Shown here piece after piece: positions 8,300 to 17,855 of a stretch of DNA of 64,000 nucleotides; within the stretch, counting starts at the first letter, position 1; every line of letters starts with the position of its first letter. Source of the stretch: Escherichia phage LPEK22. The translations under genes were made by a program, and so were the position numbers. The stretch is taken from the sequence record OK283619.1. One strand, 5' to 3'. The notes beneath the pieces were generated by a model. The model saw nothing but the letters and a program-made list of their open reading frames with translations. It ran no database searches and had not been told where the DNA came from.

Positions 8300-10612
8300 A
8301 TGAACGAGATGTTTAGTCAAGGTGGTAAGGGTTCAACTGGAATCCTAACCAACAAACAAGCAGTAGCTAGACACTTTGGGGTTAAGCAATCTGAGATTGT
8401 TTACTTTTCGGTTGGTGTAGATTTAGGGGGGTATAAAGTTATCTATGACAAGGAAACGCAAAGAGCTTATTCCTTACCTGCTGGTATTGCTTCTGGTACT
8501 ACTGCCGTCAGTCTTAATACTGCTGCTGTACTTGTACATTCAGCAGGTTCTGTAGACTTAGGTGCATTAGCTGTATCTCGTGAAGAATACGTAACCTTAC
8601 CTGGTTCGTTTGATTCTGGCTCTACGCTTAACGTTAAAAATGAATTACTCACTTATACAGATGGTAAGTATCGCTGGGATGGAGCATTACCTAAAGCTGT
8701 CCCTGCCGGTTCAACTCCTGCATCAACTGGTGGTATTGGTCTTGGCGCGTGGGTTAGTGTTGGTGATGCTTCTTTGAGAACACAACTGGCAAACGGCAAT
8801 GGCTCGTTGATTGGAATTCACCCGCAGGGAACGCTAAATAATGTATTAACTGTGCGCACACCTGAACAGTACAATGCGGTAGGCGACGGAATAGATGACG
8901 ATACTTCAAAATTAAAAGAAATGCTTTCAGACATAAACAACGTTCCTGAAACACTTCCTGATGCTGCGGCTGTAAACTCGTACATGGAGCAAGTAGCAGT
9001 AAAAATTAACCTGACCAAGTTATACCGATTCACAGAGACGCTATACATACCCCCAGGTGTTTCAATTGAAATGCCAGCACCAAACTTTTTTACTCGTGAG
9101 TGTAAGCAAGGATTGTTTTATGACCCAGTAGATAAGAATACAGCAGCAATCAGCTTAATGGTGTACCGTAAACAACCTGATGGTTCATACAAACTCAATA
9201 AAGATGTAGATTATTATCCTACTGGGTTAGATATTGATAATGGGTACGCTGTAACATGTGCCAGAAAAATTGATATTAGTAACCTTAACCTGATTACAGC
9301 ACCAGGTGTAAAGGTTGGTGTTAAATGGATAGGTGGGGCAGGTTGCACTACAAAAGGGTTATCTATTGGGGAGAATACAGGGAGCGATATTACAACAGCA
9401 AGACTGCCAAGAGTAGGATTGTTGCAGTCAGCATCATGGGGTTCTGTTCATGAAAATCTACGCATCCTGTATAAAACTCAGGGCGCAGTGTTCATTGACT
9501 CTAATGGCGGTGCTACTGTAAACAATGCTTACATTTCCCGCCTTGGTAATACCAATGGTGAGCTAGAACAAGCGGTGTATAAACCAGCAGGGTTTACTGA
9601 GGTAGGTGATGTTGCCATCACTCAGTTTGCAGGTTCAGAGGTTAAGTTTAATAGCCCAATCATCGAACAAGCATCATTCGACTTTGTTCACGCTGGCCGG
9701 GATACTGATTCCTACGGTTTATTTATGGTTGATAAACCCCACATTGAATCATCTGGTGGGAAGAAAAAACATAGTTTCTACCTGATCAATACCAGTTCAG
9801 ATGTTACGTTGTCAGGGGTAGGTCTTTCCGGACAAGACCCTGATCTAGATAGTATGTACTTCCTTAAAAACTGCCCAGAAACTGCCCGAAATGTTGTCAG
9901 AGGACAAATGCCAGTAGGTGGTTTAAAACTCGTTAGAGGTACTGGTAACTACCCTACATTGGTACTCGACTGTACAAATATGGGAAGTCAATTCCAATTT
10001 GGGGAAGTTGGTGACATTTTCTATATCAAAGATGTTGTTGGTGTAAAAGCAGACACTCTATACATAGATCCTGTAAATGGTAATAACTACAACTGGGGAT
10101 TTAACGGAACCAAACCTATAAGAGAGCTACTTAATATTTCAAAGTTATGCCAGCTATTCAAGTGCAAAAGAGTTTATCTTAACCCAGGTGAGATAGCCAT
10201 TACCTCTAACACGGAGTTGCCGATGGTTAATTTTGAAGGTACTGGTAGCTTGAAGGCAAATTCTGGTAGTAGCTTCCTTATCAAAACCGGTGGGACATTA
10301 TCATTAATTGGGCTTGCTGGTATATCTACAGATGGCGGCCATATGTTTAGAGTCTCCACCACGGAAAAAGTAAACATACATACTAACTGCCCAGTGGATT
10401 CTGGTGCGGCCTATGTTGTACTAAGTGAGATTCAGGGTAATATTGAATACAGGCAATTATTCTATTCTGTAAATTGTTCTAAGTATGTAGGTGCAACAGC
10501 TGGACAAACTATCGCTGGTGTCATGGTTAAGACAGCGTCAAGACCGACAGGAATAGATGCTGATCCAGTTGATGGTAATACTTCTCTAACCTATAAAATT
10601 ATAGGATCATAG
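8300..10612 (+). CDS. Tailspike protein (770 aa) with N-terminal shared anchor module
   Basis: ATG with RBS aaagaggt. N-terminal 150 aa about 75 percent identical to the ORF at 3272. Followed by a strong hairpin plus T-run terminator. Confidence 0.8.
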   Translation: MNEMFSQGGKGSTGILTNKQAVARHFGVKQSEIVYFSVGVDLGGYKVIYDKETQRAYSLPAGIASGTTAVSLNTAAVLVHSAGSVDLGALAVSREEYVTLPGSFDSGSTLNVKNELLTYTDGKYRWDGALPKAVPAGSTPASTGGIGLGAWVSVGDASLRTQLANGNGSLIGIHPQGTLNNVLTVRTPEQYNAVGDGIDDDTSKLKEMLSDINNVPETLPDAAAVNSYMEQVAVKINLTKLYRFTETLYIPPGVSIEMPAPNFFTRECKQGLFYDPVDKNTAAISLMVYRKQPDGSYKLNKDVDYYPTGLDIDNGYAVTCARKIDISNLNLITAPGVKVGVKWIGGAGCTTKGLSIGENTGSDITTARLPRVGLLQSASWGSVHENLRILYKTQGAVFIDSNGGATVNNAYISRLGNTNGELEQAVYKPAGFTEVGDVAITQFAGSEVKFNSPIIEQASFDFVHAGRDTDSYGLFMVDKPHIESSGGKKKHSFYLINTSSDVTLSGVGLSGQDPDLDSMYFLKNCPETARNVVRGQMPVGGLKLVRGTGNYPTLVLDCTNMGSQFQFGEVGDIFYIKDVVGVKADTLYIDPVNGNNYNWGFNGTKPIRELLNISKLCQLFKCKRVYLNPGEIAITSNTELPMVNFEGTGSLKANSGSSFLIKTGGTLSLIGLAGISTDGGHMFRVSTTEKVNIHTNCPVDSGAAYVVLSEIQGNIEYRQLFYSVNCSKYVGATAGQTIAGVMVKTASRPTGIDADPVDGNTSLTYKIIGS

Positions 10613-10613
10613 T

Positions 10614-10644
10614 AAAAACCCCGCTTCGGCGGGGGTTTTATTTC
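10614..10644 (+). terminator. Rho-independent terminator after the fourth tailspike gene
   Basis: ccccgcttcggcggggg hairpin plus ttttatttc. Confidence 0.8.
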
Positions 10645-10666
10645 TATCCTGTTTGTTGGCTGTATA

Positions 10667-10684
10667 CTAAATATCTCTATAAAT
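10667..10684 (+). promoter_or_regulatory. Late-promoter-like motifs (ctaaata and tataaatg) upstream of the 1612-aa gene
   Basis: tactaaatatctctataaatgg. Confidence 0.4.
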
Positions 10685-10705
10685 GGCACTCTATGGAGCA
10701 TCAAA

Positions 10706-13700
10706 ATGCAATCTACAAATTTAAACCGTCGCCCGTATTGGGATGACTGGAATCCTGGGAAACGTTTTTCACGGATTCTTTTTCGTCCGATGCCTATCAA
10801 GGTTCAGACTCGAGAACTGAACCAGATGCAGACTATTCTTCAGGATCAAATTGAAAAACTAGGCAACCATTTGTTCAAAGATGGTTCTATGGTTATCCCT
10901 GGCGGTCTGACGATTACCAATGCCGCAGTCTCTTTGAAATTCACTTTGGCTGGTGGTACTGAATTCACTGATCTGGAAGGTATTTCTGAACTCTACGTTT
11001 TGGGGAAGGACAATAATGCCAAAGCACGTGTGTTGTCTCTTGAACGTGATCTGTCTGCTCCTGATACGATGCTGGCTATCCTTGAGATGACTGAAGCGGG
11101 TAATGCTGACGGATTCCATGTTAACGATAATCTGTATTTCCAGACTTACGACGTGAATGATAATTTCATTCGTATTGGTTATGGTATCGCAGCTGCAGTA
11201 ACTGGTTCTATCGTCGCTCGTATGACGAAAGGCGTTTACTTCATTCGTGGGATGTTCCTAGACGTTGATGACGCAACTCTTATCGTTGATAAAACTTCTA
11301 ACATCACTTCCCACCGCATCGGATTTAAAGTCACCGAAACTATTGTCACCGAAACAGAAGATGAATCCCTTTATTCAAATGCTCAGGGAACGATTAACTC
11401 CAAAGCCCCAGGCGCTCATCGTCTTCGAATAGATCTGGTCTTATCTCGATTTGATTATGACGCCGTGGTTGAAGATTTTGTTGAACTGGCCAAAGTTCGT
11501 GATGGTAAAATCCAGTCTATGGTGACTCAGTCCACCTATAATATTCTGGAAGACACGTTGGCCCAACGGACGTATGAAACCAACGGCGATTACAACGTTT
11601 CAACGCACCAGATCGACATCCGCGAACACCTGAAAGTCAATAACAATGGCGGGGTATTCAATGCCGCTGATGGCGGTGACGAGAGCAAATTTGTTTCTGT
11701 GATGAAACCAGGCATCTCCTATGTTCGCGGTCGACGTATCGAAAATGTCGGGGAAGAACTGGTTATTGTCGACAAGGCGCGGGATACCGATGTCCTGAAT
11801 AACACCCCTGTTGCGGTGGCCACAGGCAATTATCTGGTCACTAAGAATTCTAAAGGTGTGCCAGTGATATCCCGCACCGTTCGATACAAATTACTGAATG
11901 CTTCAGGCGTTACCCAGGCTACAGCACTTTGTATATCAGCTGAACGTAATTCAACAGAATTTCGTCTGTATATGCGCGACCTGGTCGTTACTGGCGATGC
12001 ATCCACTATCACCAAAGTGTCTTACGAAGAAAGCGGTATCACCATGTTCTCTGCTGAACTGGAATCCAATCAGTTTAACCAGAGTTCTATGATAGATCTG
12101 ATCTTCTCTCTTCCGGTATTCGGTGTCAAGACTTTAGCACCAACTGGCTCCGTGGATATCAACTACACTGTTCTCAGAACGTATAAAGTGACGTTGGACA
12201 ACAGCGGCGCGGGTTCTATTTCTGCTCCATTGGGATATAGTTTTTCCCCAGAATTTTCGTTGTACTCTGCAGCGAAATCTGATGGTTCTGAAGCGCAGTT
12301 CGATATCTCTGGTTCTTTGTCTTTGACTGGTTCTCCGGTCGGTTCGGCGCTGCAGATTTCTCTGGGCAGTGGTAATGCTAACCAGTCAATCAATTTGCTG
12401 GCGCTGATGATTCGTACCACGGCCACAATCAAAACGAAGACCATCACTGAAACAACTGAAACAGTGACATTCACCTCGCAGACTAGCCGTCCTTTGGCGA
12501 ATCACGATGGTTGGAAATTGGTGTCGGTCAAAAACGATACTGGCGCAGACGTGACCTCCAGCTTCGTCCTAGATGGCGGACAGCGTGATGCAGGGTATTA
12601 CAAGTCTAACTTGTTATCCAGCGCTGGAGCAATCTCAGGGACGTATACAGTGGTGTATCAATACTTCGCCCACAGTTCCGGTGATTTCTTCTCTGCTGAT
12701 TCGTATACTTCGATGGATTATAAAGATATCCCGAATTATACATCTTCTACATCAGGCGCGGTGTACGGCCTGGCAGATAGTTTGGATTTCCGTCCGAAAA
12801 TCACCAACGGAACTTCTGACACAGATATGGTTCGTCCAAACACTGCAGTTATTCTGGACACAGAATATTATCTGCCGCGTATCGACGCGATTTATCTGGC
12901 AGACAACGGCGTGTTTGGTGTGGCTCGTGGCATCAGTTCTAATAATCTGGCTTCTCCAGCAATCCCAGCGAACGCCATGCGTTTGTATGAATTGTTGATC
13001 CCGCCGTATACACCGAATATTGATGATATCCAAATTCGAACTATTGATAATCGTCGTTATACAATGCGCGATATCGGTAAACTGGAAACCCGTATTTCCA
13101 ATGTTGAATACTATACCTCTCTGTCACAGCTGGAATCTTCAGCGATGACACAGCAAGTGTTCGACCCCATTACGGGTAATCCTCGTTTCAAAAATGGTAT
13201 CGCAGCTGATCCGTTCAAAGACTTCCGGTTGATTGATGACTTGTCTGAAGATTGGATGGGTTCTATCGATACCGAAAACGGACGTCTGCGCCCGTTTGTA
13301 CAACAAAACGTTGTTGACATGACTCCGGTTGGCTGGAACAAAGTGATGGATGGGATGGTGGTTTGTAATTACACGCCTGAAATCTCGGTGAACCAAGAAT
13401 ATGCGACGACGACGATCAACGTTAACCCGTATGCAGTATTCAATTGGGAAGGTTTCTTGAAGATTAACCCGACCACAGACTACTGGTTCGAAAACTATTA
13501 TGTTGCGCCGCGTATTATCAATGAAACGATCAACACCCGTGGTACTGTACAAGAAGGTTCAGTGTACGGAACATGGCGTACTGTTTCTGTTTCTGATCGT
13601 GTTTGGGAACCGCATGGTGCTGGTGGTGTGTGGTGGGGATATCGTTACCGCACGACTGTTTCTGCCCGTGATGTCACCACATATACATACACGGACAAAA

Positions 13701-15544
13701 CAACCACGACCATGACTGGTGAACAGATTGTGGAGACGCAAGTTATCCCATACATGCGCGAGATCGATATTTCTTTCGACGCATCTGGGCTGCGACCTTT
13801 CACTCGTATGTATGCGTTCTTCTCTGGTCGTGACGTCAATCTGTATTGCAAACCGAATGGTGGTAATTTCGGAGACCCAATCACCACTGATGCCAATGGT
13901 GCTGTTAAAGGTGTATTCCGCGTTCCACAGAACGATACAATCAAGTTCAACACAGGCGACAACGTGTTCCGCTTAACGGATAGCCCTGTTGACAGTAAAT
14001 CTGCGGATGATACACTGACCAATGCAGAAATTGTTCATAAATCTTTCGGTAAGAAACAAGGTATTCAAAAGACCTTTGTCAACACTCGTGTCCTGGGTTA
14101 CACTGCTAGTACTCGCACCGAAACTTCTACTTCTGAAGTGGTTGTTGATCAATGGCGTGATCCGATTGCCCAATCGTTTATGGTGGCGACTAAGATTGGC
14201 GGCGAGTATATCGAAGGCGTGGAAGTATTCTTCTCTACCAAGTCACGTGATGTTCCGATCACTCTGGAAATTCGCGAGATGGAGAATGGCTTACCTTCTC
14301 ATACAGTCATTACTCGTAAAACTTTGAACCCGTCTGAAGTGACGATCTCTACAGACTCTTCCGGCGGTACGAAGTTCACCTTTGATTATCCGGTGTATCT
14401 GCAAGCATCGACTGAGTTTGCTATCGTTTTGTTGGCGAATACTCAGGATTACAACGCGTATATCGCGGAAATGGGCAAGAAAAACCTTCTGTCCAACGAA
14501 TATATCGCCAAACAACCGTATACAGGGGTGTTCTTCACTTCTTCAAACGGTTCTACATGGTCTCCAAACCAAATGGCTGATATGAAATTCCGCATATATC
14601 GTTGTAACTTCGCTGCGGGACAGAACGTTGTAACATTTGATCCGAAGCTCGGGCCAAAACAACGTCCGTTGGGATTGAACACTCTGAACTGCGTAAGCGG
14701 GTCTTCTGTTGTGACTGTGTTTGCAACTGGTCATGGTTTGGTTGCTGGGAACAATGTTACTCTTTCTGAATTGACAGGCGGTTGTGGCTTTACTCCTGAA
14801 CAACTTAACAAAACGTTTACTGTGACAGATGCGAGCTATACTTCATTCAAGATTGACGTCGGTACGGCAGCAGACAGCAATGGACAAATCGGTGGAGATA
14901 ATGCTTCTTTCTTGGGCAATTATCTAGTTGATATGTTCTATGCCAGCGTTACCAATTCGGCTCTGGAAGGTTCAATTCTGAAATTGGAATACCGTTATCG
15001 CGATGCCACTTCAAATTCTATGTCTGATTGGGCTGAGTTTGAAACTGACACTGACGTGGCATTGCCGACTGAAGGTATCTATCGCCAGGTCGGGGATTTC
15101 CAAATCCGAGCCACCATGACGCGTAGTGAAAACAACGTGTACACTGCTCCAATGATTGATGGCGATGACCTGAGCGTAATCTTCAACTCATACGGTGTGG
15201 ATCCATTTGAAGATGTCTTCAAATACGTGACAAAGGACATCGGATTTGATAATCCGTGTTCTACTGTGAAGTTGTTCTTTGGTGCAATGCTCCCATCTCA
15301 GTCTTCGATGAAGGTGCAGGTGAAACTTCTACGAGCAGGGCAAGAGATGGATAGTGTGGCTTGGGAAGACGTCACCCCAACTTCGCCTCTGGTTAACGAC
15401 GGTTCCACATTCTTTGAATATGAGTATGACAAGACTGTGGCGAGCAATAACCCGTTTGTTGGCCTGAAAGTCCGAGCGCTTGTACGGGGGAACCGCGTTG
15501 CTCCTCCATCATTCAAAGACTTCCGTCTTATTGCTCTGGCATAA
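10706..15544 (+). CDS. Very large virion-associated structural protein (1612 aa), function unassigned
   Basis: Uninterrupted 4.8-kb ORF, ATG with GGAG RBS, late-promoter-like ctaaata and tataaatg upstream. T/S/N/G-rich fiber-like composition. Sits between the tailspikes and the neck genes. Confidence 0.6.
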   Translation: MQSTNLNRRPYWDDWNPGKRFSRILFRPMPIKVQTRELNQMQTILQDQIEKLGNHLFKDGSMVIPGGLTITNAAVSLKFTLAGGTEFTDLEGISELYVLGKDNNAKARVLSLERDLSAPDTMLAILEMTEAGNADGFHVNDNLYFQTYDVNDNFIRIGYGIAAAVTGSIVARMTKGVYFIRGMFLDVDDATLIVDKTSNITSHRIGFKVTETIVTETEDESLYSNAQGTINSKAPGAHRLRIDLVLSRFDYDAVVEDFVELAKVRDGKIQSMVTQSTYNILEDTLAQRTYETNGDYNVSTHQIDIREHLKVNNNGGVFNAADGGDESKFVSVMKPGISYVRGRRIENVGEELVIVDKARDTDVLNNTPVAVATGNYLVTKNSKGVPVISRTVRYKLLNASGVTQATALCISAERNSTEFRLYMRDLVVTGDASTITKVSYEESGITMFSAELESNQFNQSSMIDLIFSLPVFGVKTLAPTGSVDINYTVLRTYKVTLDNSGAGSISAPLGYSFSPEFSLYSAAKSDGSEAQFDISGSLSLTGSPVGSALQISLGSGNANQSINLLALMIRTTATIKTKTITETTETVTFTSQTSRPLANHDGWKLVSVKNDTGADVTSSFVLDGGQRDAGYYKSNLLSSAGAISGTYTVVYQYFAHSSGDFFSADSYTSMDYKDIPNYTSSTSGAVYGLADSLDFRPKITNGTSDTDMVRPNTAVILDTEYYLPRIDAIYLADNGVFGVARGISSNNLASPAIPANAMRLYELLIPPYTPNIDDIQIRTIDNRRYTMRDIGKLETRISNVEYYTSLSQLESSAMTQQVFDPITGNPRFKNGIAADPFKDFRLIDDLSEDWMGSIDTENGRLRPFVQQNVVDMTPVGWNKVMDGMVVCNYTPEISVNQEYATTTINVNPYAVFNWEGFLKINPTTDYWFENYYVAPRIINETINTRGTVQEGSVYGTWRTVSVSDRVWEPHGAGGVWWGYRYRTTVSARDVTTYTYTDKTTTTMTGEQIVETQVIPYMREIDISFDASGLRPFTRMYAFFSGRDVNLYCKPNGGNFGDPITTDANGAVKGVFRVPQNDTIKFNTGDNVFRLTDSPVDSKSADDTLTNAEIVHKSFGKKQGIQKTFVNTRVLGYTASTRTETSTSEVVVDQWRDPIAQSFMVATKIGGEYIEGVEVFFSTKSRDVPITLEIREMENGLPSHTVITRKTLNPSEVTISTDSSGGTKFTFDYPVYLQASTEFAIVLLANTQDYNAYIAEMGKKNLLSNEYIAKQPYTGVFFTSSNGSTWSPNQMADMKFRIYRCNFAAGQNVVTFDPKLGPKQRPLGLNTLNCVSGSSVVTVFATGHGLVAGNNVTLSELTGGCGFTPEQLNKTFTVTDASYTSFKIDVGTAADSNGQIGGDNASFLGNYLVDMFYASVTNSALEGSILKLEYRYRDATSNSMSDWAEFETDTDVALPTEGIYRQVGDFQIRATMTRSENNVYTAPMIDGDDLSVIFNSYGVDPFEDVFKYVTKDIGFDNPCSTVKLFFGAMLPSQSSMKVQVKLLRAGQEMDSVAWEDVTPTSPLVNDGSTFFEYEYDKTVASNNPFVGLKVRALVRGNRVAPPSFKDFRLIALA

Positions 15545-15596
15545 ATAATGTTGAAAGGTGGGCGTAAAGCCCACCAAACCAATAGAGGATAAAGAT

Positions 15597-15845
15597 ATGC
15601 GTGGAGTGAAAGTACAGGGGCACGCATCCATGTTGAGAAGCAGTTCTTGCCCTGGCGCGATTATTTGCACCGATCACGCCGCTGGCATGGCTGCATTGCA
15701 AGCCCGTCAACGCAATGAAACCCGTGAAGCCACCATTGTTGAACAATCAAACCAGATATCTAATCTGGAGGCGACAATCAAAATGATGGCCGAAAAGTTG
15801 GGGATCGAAATCCCCGAAGGAGGTCAGAATGGCGACGCAAGCTGA
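15597..15845 (+). CDS. Hypothetical protein (82 aa)
   Basis: ATG at 15597 with aggat RBS, downstream of a hairpin. Track start at 15558 is an alternative start codon. Confidence 0.35.
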   Translation: MRGVKVQGHASMLRSSSCPGAIICTDHAAGMAALQARQRNETREATIVEQSNQISNLEATIKMMAEKLGIEIPEGGQNGDAS

Positions 15846-16170
15846 AAGAACGGGGCTTGACATCCGTGGTATCTTAACCGCTGTCGTGGCTTCTGCATTG
15901 GTCTCGGCAGCATCGTTCCTTTGGTTCATGGGCGGGATGGAAACGCGCGTGAATGTATTGGAACGAGATTCCAACAAGATGGATCAAGTTCTTCAGAAAG
16001 TGAATGACATGAGTGAACGTATGGCGATCATGAATACTGACCTCGCATATGTCAAACAAAACATGGCTGAGTTAAAACTCAATAGCAGCAGTCTTTCAGA
16101 TGATGTTCGCACACTGCGGATTACTGTATCTGATTTGCAGCAAAAGGGGAATAACAATGGCCGTCAATAA
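15829..16170 (+). CDS. Hypothetical membrane-anchored coiled-coil protein (113 aa)
   Basis: ATG with strong RBS gaaggagg. One hydrophobic helix (ILTAVVASALVSAASFLWFM) followed by a heptad-like region. Confidence 0.45.
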   Translation: MATQAERTGLDIRGILTAVVASALVSAASFLWFMGGMETRVNVLERDSNKMDQVLQKVNDMSERMAIMNTDLAYVKQNMAELKLNSSSLSDDVRTLRITVSDLQQKGNNNGRQ

Positions 16171-16909
16171 GATTCGAGACAAAAAATCTTTTATGAATTA
16201 TGTCTTGCGTAAATTGGGTGCTCCTGTGATCCAAATTAACCTTGACAGTTCACAAGTCGAAGATGCAGTCGATGATGCTCTGCAGAAATTTTGGGAATAT
16301 CATCGTGATGGTAGCCAAGATGCGTTCTTCCTGTACCAAGTTAAACAAGAAGATATCGACAAGGGATATATAGAATTTCCCGATGATATTGACGATGTGA
16401 TTGAAGTTATCCCTGGACCTCCTATTGAGTCAATCGGAAACTGGGCAACTCCTCAATGGCAAATGGCTCAAGCAATGCTTGTCCCCAAAGCAGCGCTGGT
16501 TTCTATTCGTCTCATTGATTATGTTTCCATGCAACAACGCCTGTCGGATATCACAAGCGTCTTAAATGTTCGCCGTAATTTTGTGTACAAGAAGTTCCAG
16601 CGACGCCTTTACCCGCAGTTTGCTGCCATTGTTGATGAAACTCTGGCTTTTCGTTGTTATCAAAATATCGACCCCGAATCGGAAGAAAACGCTGAAGCAT
16701 GGAATGATATGTGGTTGAAAGCGTATGCGACTGCATTGGTCAAGCGCCGTTGGGCAGAGGTGCTTAAGAAGGCAAGAGGCATCCGTCTCCCTGGTGGTAT
16801 CGAACTGGATGGTGATAGTATGTTCAGTGAGGCCGAGACCGAGATAGAGCGGCTGGAGGAAGAATTGCGTACTGGTCAGCAATACCCCATTGATTTTATG
16901 ATGGGATAA
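16157..16909 (+). CDS. Neck protein, T4 gp13-like
   Basis: ATG at 16157 with RBS aagggga. N-terminus (VLRKLGAPVIQINLDSSQVEDAVDDALQKFWEYHRDG) and C-terminus (YATALVKRRW...LPGGIELDG) align with T4 gp13 as recalled. Confidence 0.8.
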   Translation: MAVNKIRDKKSFMNYVLRKLGAPVIQINLDSSQVEDAVDDALQKFWEYHRDGSQDAFFLYQVKQEDIDKGYIEFPDDIDDVIEVIPGPPIESIGNWATPQWQMAQAMLVPKAALVSIRLIDYVSMQQRLSDITSVLNVRRNFVYKKFQRRLYPQFAAIVDETLAFRCYQNIDPESEENAEAWNDMWLKAYATALVKRRWAEVLKKARGIRLPGGIELDGDSMFSEAETEIERLEEELRTGQQYPIDFMMG

Positions 16910-16913
16910 GAGA

Positions 16914-16939
16914 AGGCGGGTTATCCCGCCTTTCTTTTT
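16914..16939. terminator. Bidirectional rho-independent terminator between convergent genes
   Basis: aaggcgggttatcccgcc hairpin followed by tttcttttta. Confidence 0.7.
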
Positions 16940-17150
16940 ATAACTTGATGTCGCGTCCGGAAGGATCTGAATTTGCTAGAATATAACCATCAACCACGTT
17001 CTTTTCGTCCCACCATTCAATAAAATCATTTCCCTTTTCGCCTTTGATAAGACCCACAATGTTATATGAACCATCGGCGATTTTAGCATCTACACAGATA
17101 ATTCTCACACGCCTTCCGTCACGAGTTTCTTTAATATCTTCAACCTTCAT
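16938..17150 (-). CDS. Hypothetical protein (70 aa), antisense to the structural operon
   Basis: ATG on minus strand with good RBS (gagga, 9 nt upstream). Ends at the bidirectional terminator. Confidence 0.45.
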   Translation of the reverse strand: MKVEDIKETRDGRRVRIICVDAKIADGSYNIVGLIKGEKGNDFIEWWDEKNVVDGYILANSDPSGRDIKL

Positions 17151-17181
17151 TTATCAATTCCTCAAAAGAATTAATGATTGA

Positions 17182-17188
17182 CTAAATA
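17182..17188 (+). promoter_or_regulatory. Late-promoter-like motif upstream of the gp14-like gene
   Basis: gactaaatacc. Confidence 0.45.
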
Positions 17189-17211
17189 CCTTCAAAATTG
17201 AGGGTAAAGTC

Positions 17212-17853
17212 ATGGCTACTTCAAAATATTTCAACTATACAGCACATCAAGGTACTCAAAAATTAATTGATGACTTGGTGGTCGAGATGATACAATTGCG
17301 TGGGATTGACGTCAAGTATATCCCACGTTCTATTGTTGAAAAATACCCAATTTTAAACGAGGCCGAACACAAATTCGACCAAGCGTTTGACATCGAAGTG
17401 TATATGCAGGATTATCAAGGCTTCAACACACAGATGTGGGAAAAGTTCGGCGGTATCCAATTACAAGATGAAGTGACATTCACTATTGCTCGTCGTCGTT
17501 TTTCAGAAGTTATTGGTAATGGTCCAGGCCTTGAACAAATGCCTCAAGAAGGTGATTTGATATATCTGCCTATGGCTAACAAAATATTTAAAGTGAATAA
17601 CCCGAATAACGATGAAGAATTCATGCAATTTGGGAAATGGTACACATATTCCCTACCATGTACGTTGTTCCAATACGGTAACGAAGATTTCGATACAGGT
17701 GTATCTGAAATAGACGATATTGATAAACGATTGCAGGATCTGGAAGGAGACGGTGTGTACAAAGACGCCAGCCTGCAAACGGATAACCAATTTGCGGACG
17801 AAATAGAGAAAGATCTTTCGCCCAATAAAATGAAGATAGACTTCGGGGAATAA
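17212..17853 (+). CDS. Neck protein, T4 gp14-like
   Basis: LIDDLVVEMIQLRGIDVKYIPRS, LQDEVTFTIARRRF and PQEGDLIYLPMANKIFKVN align with T4 gp14 as recalled. gactaaatacc motif upstream. Confidence 0.8.
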   Translation: MATSKYFNYTAHQGTQKLIDDLVVEMIQLRGIDVKYIPRSIVEKYPILNEAEHKFDQAFDIEVYMQDYQGFNTQMWEKFGGIQLQDEVTFTIARRRFSEVIGNGPGLEQMPQEGDLIYLPMANKIFKVNNPNNDEEFMQFGKWYTYSLPCTLFQYGNEDFDTGVSEIDDIDKRLQDLEGDGVYKDASLQTDNQFADEIEKDLSPNKMKIDFGE

Positions 17854-17855
17854 TC

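Noticed and set aside
15560-15580. Hairpin ggtgggcgtaaagcccacc after the 1612-aa gene as a terminator
   Set aside because: Stem without a T-tract. May stabilise the 3' end or be processed, but there is not enough evidence for an intrinsic terminator.
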